Shown here in pieces: positions 12,775 through 20,352 of a stretch of DNA of 32,000 nucleotides. The translations under genes and the position numbers were made by a program. Numbering within the stretch: the stretch's first letter is position 1; every line of letters begins with the position of its first letter. A model generated the notes under the pieces. The model saw only the letters and a program-made list of their open reading frames with translations, was not told where the DNA came from and ran no database searches. Origin of the DNA: Opitutia bacterium KCR 482 (GTDB taxonomy: Bacteria > Verrucomicrobiota > Verrucomicrobiia > Opitutales > Intestinicryptomonadaceae); NCBI GenBank assembly GCA_029269845.2, contig CP149973.1, positions 2,070,001 to 2,102,000 on the forward strand. Direction: 5' to 3'.

Positions 12775-13371
12775 TTATTTTACAATCAGGCAGACTTGGC
12801 AGCCTGGGCCGTGCACGCCCTCCACGAGCACTCCCTCGACGTCGGTCGTTTTTGACGGGGCGGCGACGTATATTGCGTAGGGGCAATCCACCGTCTTTTC
12901 GAGCGCGTCGTATATCGTTTGTTCGATATCGCTTTCTTTCAGCACTGCGACGTGTATCCACGGCGCGATTGTATCGAGTCTGTCGGCGGTATCCTTGTCT
13001 TTTAGCACTATTGCGCCGCTTTCGGCTATTGCCATCGACGCTTTGCTGATTCCGAAGTCGTATTCGTCGGGGTTGTTGCGGTCGAACTCCCTGTCGAGTT
13101 TGAAGAAGTTTTCCAGTCCGAATGTATTGTCGATTTTTGCGTCGGCGACTCCCCGTTTACAGCCCTTGTCTTTGAGGAATGCAACCAGCGCTTCCGCGCT
13201 TTCGACCACGTTTCCGTGGCTTGCCAGAAAGTTCCGCACAAACGCCTCTTTCGGCGTTCCCGCGATTGCGGGGTTCGACACCGTGTCCTCCTTCGAAAAC
13301 TTGGGAAGTTCGGCTTTCGGGCGCGATTTTTCCGCGTCTTTTACCGTGTTTATAAAAGCGTTTTTATCCAT
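12775..13371 (-). CDS. lutC: Lactate utilization protein C (LUD domain, YkgG family)
   Basis: 198 aa. GISKASMAIAESGAIVL...DRLDTIAPWIHVAVL... is typical of the LUD/YkgG family. Overlaps the lutB stop by 8 nt. Confidence 0.8.
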   Translation of the reverse strand: MDKNAFINTVKDAEKSRPKAELPKFSKEDTVSNPAIAGTPKEAFVRNFLASHGNVVESAEALVAFLKDKGCKRGVADAKIDNTFGLENFFKLDREFDRNNPDEYDFGISKASMAIAESGAIVLKDKDTADRLDTIAPWIHVAVLKESDIEQTIYDALEKTVDCPYAIYVAAPSKTTDVEGVLVEGVHGPGCQVCLIVK

Positions 13372-14737
13372 TTTTAGAGAACCATTTTCTGAAATTGCCT
13401 CCCTTGAATTTCGGGAGAGTGCGTGTTTTAAGCCACCTGCCGAGCGGCCCGACCTTGAACAAATCGAGCGGAATCAGGTTGGCGAGTTTGTTGAGCGGCA
13501 TGACCGTCCGCCACAGTTTCGGCGACGACGCCAGCACCGCCCAGCCCTTGAAGTTGATGTCGTTTGCCACTTTCATCTTTTCGCGCTTCATTTTGTCGCG
13601 CATTTTCAGAATGAGGTCGGGCAGGGGGATTTTCGCGGGGCAGACGTCCGCGCATGCGCCGCAGAGCGAGCACGCTTTGGGGAGGTCTGCGTATTTCGAC
13701 GGGTCTTTTGCAAGCAGCGGCGAAAGCACGATTCCCAGCGGCCCCGGGTAGACTGCGCGGTATGCGTGTCCGCCGACGAGTCTGAACACGGGGCAGCGGT
13801 TCATGCACGCGCCGCAGCGCATGCATTTGAGAATGTCGGCGAATTCGCTTCCGAGGATTTTGCTTCTGCCGTTGTCGAGGAACACGACGTACATTTCGGA
13901 CGGGCTGTTTTTCGCGCTGCCCGCGCCCGCGACGAAGTCGGTATACACCGTGCTATGCTGTCCCGTCGCGCTCCTTGCGAGCAGGTTGAGGAACACCGAG
14001 AGTTCCCGCGCCGACGGTATAACCTTTTCGAAGCCCGCTATTGCAATATGCGTTTTTGCTCCCGCCATCGAGAATCTTGAATTGCCTTCGTTTGTTGCAA
14101 GCACAATCGCGCCCTCTTTTGCGAGGACGTAGTTTGCGCCGCTTATGACGACGTCCGCATTGAAATATTTTTTGCGGAGGTATTTTCTGGCGTTGAGCGT
14201 GATGTGTGTCGGCTCGTCGTCGTAGGGGGCGATGTTGTGTTTTTCGAAAGACTTTGCGATGTCGTCGCGCCGTCTGTGGATTGCGGGCTTTACGATGTGC
14301 GAGGGTCTTTCGCCGTCGATTTGGATAATCAGCTCGCCGAGGTCGGTTTCGACCGCCTCCACGCCGTTCTTTTCAAGGAACGCATTGAGTTCGATTTCCT
14401 CCGTCGTCATTGATTTCACTTTGACGACGTTCTTTGCGTTCTTTTCCCTGAGAATGCCGAGGATAATGTTTCGCGCCTCCTCCGCGTCTTTTGCGAAGAG
14501 CACTTTGACGCCGTTTGCTTCGAGCGACGCCACCGCCTTTTCGAGATTTTCGGAGGGCTTGAGCGACTTTATTTTGTTTGCAAGCTCGCGCAGATATTCT
14601 GTTTTGCCCTCTTCGGGGTACGCCGCGTTGAGGATTTTCTCCCTCGCGACCGTGCTTCCCACGCTTGCAAGCATCACCGCGTTTTTGACCACCGGGTCGA
14701 GCGTTTCGCAGAATTTGTCTATGGGTTGGAGGGCCAT
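13364..14737 (-). CDS. lutB: Lactate utilization protein B (4Fe-4S iron-sulfur protein, YkgF family)
   Basis: 457 aa from MALQPIDKF (ATG 14735-14737). Two ferredoxin-type clusters, CMRCGACMNRCP and CSLCGACADVCP, plus an N-terminal LUD-like domain. TAATG overlap with lutA. Confidence 0.85.
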   Translation of the reverse strand: MALQPIDKFCETLDPVVKNAVMLASVGSTVAREKILNAAYPEEGKTEYLRELANKIKSLKPSENLEKAVASLEANGVKVLFAKDAEEARNIILGILREKNAKNVVKVKSMTTEEIELNAFLEKNGVEAVETDLGELIIQIDGERPSHIVKPAIHRRRDDIAKSFEKHNIAPYDDEPTHITLNARKYLRKKYFNADVVISGANYVLAKEGAIVLATNEGNSRFSMAGAKTHIAIAGFEKVIPSARELSVFLNLLARSATGQHSTVYTDFVAGAGSAKNSPSEMYVVFLDNGRSKILGSEFADILKCMRCGACMNRCPVFRLVGGHAYRAVYPGPLGIVLSPLLAKDPSKYADLPKACSLCGACADVCPAKIPLPDLILKMRDKMKREKMKVANDINFKGWAVLASSPKLWRTVMPLNKLANLIPLDLFKVGPLGRWLKTRTLPKFKGGNFRKWFSKNG

Positions 14738-15507
14738 TATTCGTTTCCTCCCATCGCCTGTACAAAGACCTGCGCCGCGTGTCGGGCGGGGTATTTGATG
14801 TTGTTTCTGTCGGCGATTCCCTTTTGATGGAGCAGGCACGACGTATCCGCCGCCACCACGAGGTCGGGATTTGCCGCGCCGATTGCCCGCACTTTCGCAA
14901 GCCCCATTTCGGACGAAATTTGCGGGAACACCACGGAGAACGTTCCGCCGAATCCGCAGCATGAGTCGGAATTTTCGAAGTCGAGAATTTTCACCCCGTC
15001 TATCGATTCAAGCAGCTTGCGGAGCGCGGCGGGCGTGCCGCTGCCGCGCCCGTGGCACGAATTGTGCAACGCGATTTTCGCGTCGAGATGTCCGCCGATT
15101 TTTTCGACGCCGAGCGCGTTTACGAGGTAGTCGCAAAATTCCCACACGCGTTTCGCGAAGGCGTCTACCGCGTCGCGCTCCGCCTGCGGTTCGTCGCGGA
15201 AGGCGATTTTCGCCGAGTGGAACAGCATTGCCGCGCACGACGCGCTGGGCACTACAATCGGGTAGTCGTTTTCGGAAAACGCCCTGATTGTGCTTGCAAT
15301 TACCTTGCGCGCGCTTGCGAAGTCGCCGCTGTTGAAGGCGGGCTGTCCGCAGCAAGTCTGGTTTTTCGGGAGTTCGACTTCCGCACCGAATTTTCGGAGA
15401 ACCGAAACCGCGCATTGCGCGGCGTCGGCGAAAATCGAATCGCACAGGCAGGTCGCCATGAAGTTCACGCGCCCGCCCCTGATTCTGTCAGATGGAGGTG
15501 TGTACAT
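14737..15507 (-). CDS. lutA: Lactate utilization protein A (CCG-domain Fe-S oxidoreductase, YkgE family)
   Basis: 256 aa. Cys-rich CCG motifs (TCCGQPAFNSG, SCCGFGGTF) and FMATCLCD at the N-terminus. Confidence 0.85.
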   Translation of the reverse strand: MYTPPSDRIRGGRVNFMATCLCDSIFADAAQCAVSVLRKFGAEVELPKNQTCCGQPAFNSGDFASARKVIASTIRAFSENDYPIVVPSASCAAMLFHSAKIAFRDEPQAERDAVDAFAKRVWEFCDYLVNALGVEKIGGHLDAKIALHNSCHGRGSGTPAALRKLLESIDGVKILDFENSDSCCGFGGTFSVVFPQISSEMGLAKVRAIGAANPDLVVAADTSCLLHQKGIADRNNIKYPARHAAQVFVQAMGGNE

Positions 15508-15518
15508 TTCGTTTTCTT

Positions 15519-16520
15519 CTAATATTTTTTCGCTATTTCCGCGGCGTAATCGCGGCCGTTAGGGTAGATGTATTTAGAGAGGAAAAAGTCGAGGGGCGTT
15601 TTGTCCGCGCCGAAGCGTTCTATTGCGAGCTTCCCGTCCGCCGATTTGCGCAGGTACGCGATGTCGTTGTAGGGCGCGGCTCCCTCCTTGTGGCGCGAGA
15701 ACAGCACGAGTTTCAGCGCGCCGGCGTCCATGATTTTGCGGTATTTCTTGCCCCACTTGAAGTATTCGCCGAGCGTCGCCCTGCGTTCGGCTTCGGGCAT
15801 GCTCTTGAATTGCGACTCGAATTTTGCGCGGCTTGCGGGCGTCATGAAATTTCCGTATTCGTCGAGCTTCCAAGAGTAGAACACGTCCTGCGCGTTGTGG
15901 TAGAATTTTGCCTCCGCCGTTTCGTTTACGCCGTCGGCTTCGTCCATTGAAAGCAGCGCGCCGTTTTTGAATTGCAGAAACGGCAGCTTTTTCGCCTCCA
16001 ACTTTTCGAGCGTCTTGGCGTCCTTTTCGGAAAGCGCGGCGGGCTTGATTTCCCGCGCGTTGGCGAAGTCGGACGTGCCGAGCAGGGCGAGAAGCGGGTC
16101 GTTGAACGACGCGTTCCAGAGGTATTTGCCGTCGGCGGATTTCTCGAAAACCATTACGTTCATTCCCGCGCGGAGGCGCGAGCCTTTCGGCATCGCGAAA
16201 ACGAGAATGCGGAGCTTCCCCGCGACGGCGACCGCCGCGCTGTCGAAGTCCGCCTTTGCAAGGCGCGAGGCTTTCAGGAATTTTGCGGCGCGGGCGGCGT
16301 CCTTTTGCTTAGAGACCGCGGGCGCGTCGAGGCACGCCTTTGCCGCGGCTTTGACCGCGTCGGCGTCGTCGGCTTTCCAGAGAACCGCGTATGCGTCGAG
16401 GAACTTCGCCCCGCCGCCCTTCGTTTCGCCGACGTCTTCGAGCGCAAAGCCCGTCGGGGTTGCCGCAAACGCCGCCTGCAACGCGGCGCATGCCGAAATT
16501 ATCGAAAGTATTTTTTTCAT
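15519..16520 (-). CDS. Secreted hypothetical protein (333 aa) embedded between rlmH and lutA
   Basis: Cleavable-looking signal peptide MKKILSIISACAALQAAFA. No motif I recognise. Start is 1 nt after the rlmH stop and the stop is 11 nt before the lutA start. Confidence 0.7.
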   Translation of the reverse strand: MKKILSIISACAALQAAFAATPTGFALEDVGETKGGGAKFLDAYAVLWKADDADAVKAAAKACLDAPAVSKQKDAARAAKFLKASRLAKADFDSAAVAVAGKLRILVFAMPKGSRLRAGMNVMVFEKSADGKYLWNASFNDPLLALLGTSDFANAREIKPAALSEKDAKTLEKLEAKKLPFLQFKNGALLSMDEADGVNETAEAKFYHNAQDVFYSWKLDEYGNFMTPASRAKFESQFKSMPEAERRATLGEYFKWGKKYRKIMDAGALKLVLFSRHKEGAAPYNDIAYLRKSADGKLAIERFGADKTPLDFFLSKYIYPNGRDYAAEIAKKY

Positions 16521-16521
16521 T

Positions 16522-16956
16522 TTAGTGGTGGTATCCCGTTTTTGCCGTGATTGTTTTTGCCCTGTAAATTTGTTCGAGAAGAATCGCCCGCGCGAATTCG
16601 TGCGTGAACGTCATCGGCGACATCGACATCAGCACGTCGGCGCGTTTTTTCACCTCGTCGGCAAGCCCGTACGCGCTGCCGATTACGAACGCGCTTCCGC
16701 CCGCCAGCTCGTCGTCTTCAAGCCGTTTCGAAAAGCCGCGCGACGTGAACGTTTTTCCCTCTTCCGACATTACATAGACTTTTCCACGAAAATTTTTCAA
16801 GGATTCCAAGATTTTTTCACATTCGCGCTCCGGTGTCGAGTCTTTTAACTCCGCAATTTCGATTCCGCCGAAGCGTTTGAGCCTGTCGGCGAAGTCGGCG
16901 CAGATTTCCGCAAGCGCGCGGTTTTTCACTTTGCCTACAACCACGAGTTTCAGCAT
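16522..16956 (-). CDS. rlmH: 23S rRNA (pseudouridine1915-N3)-methyltransferase, SPOUT family
   Basis: 144 aa from MLKLVVVGKVK (ATG 16954-16956) ... GSAYGL ... SMSPMTFTHEFARAILLEQIYRA, the canonical RlmH C-terminus. Confidence 0.85.
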   Translation of the reverse strand: MLKLVVVGKVKNRALAEICADFADRLKRFGGIEIAELKDSTPERECEKILESLKNFRGKVYVMSEEGKTFTSRGFSKRLEDDELAGGSAFVIGSAYGLADEVKKRADVLMSMSPMTFTHEFARAILLEQIYRAKTITAKTGYHH

Positions 16957-17163
16957 GCCGCGCTCCTTCCGCCGCGCGTCGGGGCTGCGTTTCCGTTTCT
17001 GTTTTCTGCCTGTTTCAATGCGTCGATTTTTCGTCTTTTTATATTCCGCGCGGACGGGGGAGGTCAAGAATATAGGCGCGGGGCGTCGGCGCGTTTTTTT
17101 TGCCGCCGATATTGCTTGCGAAAATTTTGAGCCGAACTAAAACGTAGTCGTATTTTTTTTACT

Positions 17164-18234
17164 ATGGACGTTTTTTACGAAAAAATCATGAGGCCGATTC
17201 TGTTTTCGCAGAATCCCGAATTTGCCCACGATATGGCACTCAAAGCCATGCAGGTTGTCTCCGCAGTTCCCCCGCTGAGAATGGCGATGGAATACCTCAA
17301 CCTCGTCAAAACGCAAAAACCCGTAAAGGTTTTCGGGCTTGAATTTCCCAACCGCGTCGGGCTTGCCGCGGGCTTCGACAAAGACGCGTACGTCTGGCGC
17401 GCCGCGCCCGCATTCGGCTTCGGACACGTCGAAATCGGCACGGTCTCGAAACTCAAACAGGCGGGGAACCCCAAGCCGCGCATGTTCCGCTACCCCTTCG
17501 CCGAGGCGGTCGTAAACTCGTGCGGATTTCCGAACGACGGCGCGGAGGAAATCTCCAAAAGGCTCGCATCGGTTCTCGACGGCAACCGCTCGCTGACGAA
17601 AAAATGCCCGCTCGGCGTAAATATCGGGAAGTCGAAAATCACCCCCCTCGAAGAGGCGGCGGAAGACTACCTTTTCAGCTTCAACGCCCTTGCCGACTAT
17701 GCCGACTTCTTTGTAATCAACGTCAGCAGCCCGAACACTCCCGAACTCCGCAAATTGCAGGGCAGGGAATTTCTGCCCAACCTCTTGGGCACGGTAAATT
17801 CGGCGAACATAGACCGTTCCAAAAAACTCGGCGTTCCGCGAATCCCGATAATTCTGAAAATCGCGCCCGATTTGACCTTTGCGGAAATCGACTCAATCCT
17901 CTCCGTGCTCTTCGAGTTGAAGCTCGACGGCATTTGCGCCACGAACACGACAATCAACCGCGACGCCTACCCGCAAATGGAAAAGAACGGCGGCATGAGC
18001 GGCGCGCCGCTTTTCGAGAAGTCGCTCGAAATCGTGAAATACATCTCGCAGGCGACCGACGGAAAACTGCCGATTATCGGCGTGGGCGGCATTACCAACG
18101 CCGACAGGGCGGGACGCATGATGAACGCGGGGGCAAGTCTTGTTCAAATCTATACGGGAATGATTTACAGAGGGCCGTTCTATGCGCGTTCCCTCGCGAA
18201 ATCACTGCTGTGGCGGGATTGCAACTGGCTCTGA
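17164..18234 (+). CDS. pyrD: Dihydroorotate dehydrogenase (quinone), class 2
   Basis: 356 aa with GLAAGFDKD, GHVEIGTV, NVSSPNTPELR (Ser catalytic base, class 2) and GVGGI. ATG at 17164. Confidence 0.9.
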   Translation: MDVFYEKIMRPILFSQNPEFAHDMALKAMQVVSAVPPLRMAMEYLNLVKTQKPVKVFGLEFPNRVGLAAGFDKDAYVWRAAPAFGFGHVEIGTVSKLKQAGNPKPRMFRYPFAEAVVNSCGFPNDGAEEISKRLASVLDGNRSLTKKCPLGVNIGKSKITPLEEAAEDYLFSFNALADYADFFVINVSSPNTPELRKLQGREFLPNLLGTVNSANIDRSKKLGVPRIPIILKIAPDLTFAEIDSILSVLFELKLDGICATNTTINRDAYPQMEKNGGMSGAPLFEKSLEIVKYISQATDGKLPIIGVGGITNADRAGRMMNAGASLVQIYTGMIYRGPFYARSLAKSLLWRDCNWL

Positions 18235-18260
18235 CGGCGCGTGAAAGCACCAGTCTAAGG

Positions 18261-18735
18261 GCGTTTCGCGCACGTCCCAGACCGCTTACATACGCCAAGT
18301 ATGCTACGCGCCCTGTGCCGTGCGCAAAGCCGCCCTTATACTGGCACTTTGACGCGCCTAACAAATGAGCGCATGGCGCGGAAGATTTTAAGTTGTGCTG
18401 GGAGAAAAGTTAAATAGAGCGTTTCGCGAGTGTCTCAGACTGCTCGCGTACGTTAGTACGCCACGCACCCTGAGCCACTCGCAAAGCCGCCCTTATACTG
18501 GCACTTTGACGCGCCTAACAAGTGAGCGCATGGCGCGGAAGATTTTAAGTTGTGCTGGGAGAAAAGTTAAATAGAGCGTTTCGCGAGTGTCTCAGACTGC
18601 TCGCGTACGTCAGTACGCCACGCACCCTGAGCCACTCGCAAAGCCACTCTTATAGGGGCATTTTGACGCCCCTAACAAATGAGCGCACGGCGCGGAAGAT
18701 TTTTAGAATGCGCTGGGAGAAAAGCTGGGTTGATT
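18261..18735 (+). repeat. Tandem array: three head-to-tail copies of a ~157-nt element
   Basis: Each copy begins GCGTTTCGCG, at 18261, 18419 and 18576. Copies 2 and 3 are nearly identical. Copy 1 shares the 3' ~90 nt almost exactly and has a diverged 5' ~65 nt. Confidence 0.9.
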
Positions 18736-18738
18736 GGT

Positions 18739-18780
18739 AAGCGGAGAATCTGTGTTTTGGGATTTCCGCTTTTTTATTTT
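18739..18780 (+). terminator. Intrinsic terminator closing the tandem-repeat region
   Basis: Stem AGCGGAGAATC (18740-50) / GATTTCCGCT (18761-70): 10 bp with one bulged G, followed by TTTTTATTTT. Confidence 0.75.
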
Positions 18781-18784
18781 TATC

Positions 18785-19057
18785 CGCGCAAAGCGCGTCT
18801 ATTTTAATTTGTTTCTCGCAAACCAAAAAGATTTTTCAACGCCAGTAATTGGCGAAGCCAATACGGACTAATACAGAAAAGGCGCGGGTATACCCGCGCC
18901 GCTTAATCACTACGAGGAACGAAGTTCCGACGACTGGTGCACCTTGCGCCCAGCCTTGCGGGGAGCGGGTGGAGAATTTTGCAAAGCGAAATCCACCCCT
19001 GGGGGCGAAGCCCCCGAGACCCGACCGGCGCGGCTCGCGCCCGACGCGGCTCGCGTC
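18785..19057. other. Cluster of short perfect GC-rich hairpins with 3-nt loops
   Basis: CGCGC-AAA-GCGCG (18785-97); ATTGGC-GAA-GCCAAT (18848-62); GGAAC-GAA-GTTCC (18916-28); GGGTGGA...TCCACCC (18967-98); GGGGGC-GAA-GCCCCC (19001-15); GGCGCG-GCT-CGCGCC (19027-41); GACGCG-GCT-CGCGTC (19043-57). Confidence 0.8.
18872..18900 (-). terminator. Intrinsic terminator for the PhoD-like gene transcript (about 155 nt 3' UTR)
   Basis: 20-nt perfect palindrome GGCGCGGGTATACCCGCGCC (18881-18900), followed on the minus strand by TTTTCTGTATT. Confidence 0.65.
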
Positions 19058-20348
19058 AGTCGAATTTTTTGAGGTCGGAATGCTTTATAGTGGTTTCGAA
19101 GAGACGCTCGCCTTTGGAGTCGAAGAAAGAGAGGGTTGCGGCGCGGTTGTTCTCGGCGCCTTCAATTTTCACCTGAGCAAAGGAGCGGGCTTTAACGGAA
19201 CTTCCGGGGACCCTGAAATAGTTCATCTCGGTAATTTCCTTGGCGGGGCGGTCGGTTAGCGGGCCGGCGGAAAGCTCGAAAACAGGGTACGCGCCAGCGC
19301 GAATGAAACGCGTGATTTCGGCATAACCTTTTTTTGCGGAAAGCACGATGACACCCTCTATCTTCTTGTCGGAGAGGAACGCCAAGAGGGCGTTGCGCTC
19401 GCGGCTCGCAAACGTGAAATTTTCGGGGCTTTCCACGGGGTTTGCGACAGGTGTGTTCATCACAATGAATTTGAAAGTCGCCTTGGAGTTGAGCAGGGCG
19501 GAGAAAAGCCAGCGCATCTGCGCGTCGCCGAGCCTTACGGGGCGGTCGTTTTTGTAGTCGAGGTTCGAACTGTTCGAGAAGTCGTCGAGAACGAAGAAGT
19601 CGGCGTCGGCATAGGAGAACGAGTACGCGCGGGAGGAGCTTTCGGCGGCTTGCGGGTTGCACCAAAATTCGCCGAAAACGTCGATGTGGTTTTTCGCGCC
19701 CGCAACGGAGGAGTCGGCAAGCGTGTTCGCGCCTAAAACGCCGTAGTTCGCCTGCGAGTTCAGCAGGGCGCGGGCGGGCTTGAACGCGCGGAAATCGGCA
19801 AGCCGCGACGCCATGGCAAAGCGCGAGGCGGAGTCGGCATGCCTGTAAACGTTCTGCGCGCCTACCCAAAGCGCGAACGCGGGCGACTTGTTCTTCGCGG
19901 CGTCGAGAATTTCGAAATCGCCGCCGGGGGTTCTGAAAGGCTCGTCGAACTTGGGATCGTTGACGTGGTTTGCTCCGAGCACGACAAAAGAGAAGTCGGG
20001 CGGGGGCGTGCGTCCCTTGTAGTCGGGAGCTGTGGCGATTTTTCCCGCCGAAGAGCTTTTGCCGTCGGAGACAACATAAGTGTACTCCGTCGAGGGGGAC
20101 AGCCCTTCAAGCGCGATTTTCGCGACCGCGGGGTTCTGCGCACCGCCAATCGGCAGGATTTTCGCGTCGAACTTTTTTTCGGGATTTTTCGATTCGAAGA
20201 ATTGCGCCGAAGCGTTTGCGGCGGGCGTGTCGAAACGCGCCCAGACGGCGGCTTCGCGGACGTCGGCGAAGCCCGCCATTGTGGAGATTTCGGCGTGGGC
20301 GCAAATCGCCGCGGCGAGCAGAATGGAGGTCGTTGCGGTTGTTTTCAT
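19056..20348 (-). CDS. Secreted PhoD-like (alkaline phosphatase D family) protein with apparently degenerate metal-binding motifs
   Basis: Signal peptide MKTTATTSILLAAAICAHA. The N-terminal beta-sandwich-like part ends in LSPSTEYTYVV (PhoD_N-like). The overall layout resembles Bacteroidetes-type PhoD. However, LWVGAQNVY, YGVLGANTLADS and VLSAKKGYAEI occupy the positions where I expect GDxxY, WDDHD and GDRH. Confidence 0.55.
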   Translation of the reverse strand: MKTTATTSILLAAAICAHAEISTMAGFADVREAAVWARFDTPAANASAQFFESKNPEKKFDAKILPIGGAQNPAVAKIALEGLSPSTEYTYVVSDGKSSSAGKIATAPDYKGRTPPPDFSFVVLGANHVNDPKFDEPFRTPGGDFEILDAAKNKSPAFALWVGAQNVYRHADSASRFAMASRLADFRAFKPARALLNSQANYGVLGANTLADSSVAGAKNHIDVFGEFWCNPQAAESSSRAYSFSYADADFFVLDDFSNSSNLDYKNDRPVRLGDAQMRWLFSALLNSKATFKFIVMNTPVANPVESPENFTFASRERNALLAFLSDKKIEGVIVLSAKKGYAEITRFIRAGAYPVFELSAGPLTDRPAKEITEMNYFRVPGSSVKARSFAQVKIEGAENNRAATLSFFDSKGERLFETTIKHSDLKKFD

Positions 20349-20352
20349 AAAA

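Larger units (their letters stand above)
18261..18780 (+). ncRNA. Candidate structured non-coding transcript(s) covering the tandem array and ending at the 18739-18780 terminator; family not recognised
   Basis: Three nested stems are conserved by compensatory changes between copy 1 and copies 2/3 (see findings). A terminator lies immediately downstream. No phase-conserved ORF. Confidence 0.45.

Noticed and set aside
18395-18740. Small ORFs inside the tandem units: GTG 18395, ~59 aa, and listed ORF 18552-18740, 62 aa (MLGEKLNRAFRECLRLL...).
   Set aside because: Starts are GTG with only a weak GGAAG upstream, and copy 1 has no equivalent ORF. Unit lengths (158/157) break the frame. Nearly all copy-2/copy-3 differences would be non-synonymous, whereas differences between copy 1 and copy 2 are explained by base-pair compensation, pointing to RNA-level rather than protein-level selection.
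18235-18780. Type III toxin-antitoxin-style antitoxin RNA array (ToxI-like tandem repeats followed by a terminator).
   Set aside because: ToxI-type repeats are ~36 nt and are followed by a co-directional toxin (ToxN/AbiQ-like) gene. Here the units are ~157 nt and the next gene is convergent (PhoD-like), with no endoribonuclease candidate.
18790-19055. Looked for a known small RNA gene (tRNA, tmRNA, SRP/4.5S, RNase P, 6S) in the hairpin-rich gap.
   Set aside because: No T-loop GGTTCGAAT-type motif, no tmRNA ends, no GGAA-tetraloop SRP domain IV consensus, and no RNase P GAGGAAAGTCC box. Only generic short hairpins.
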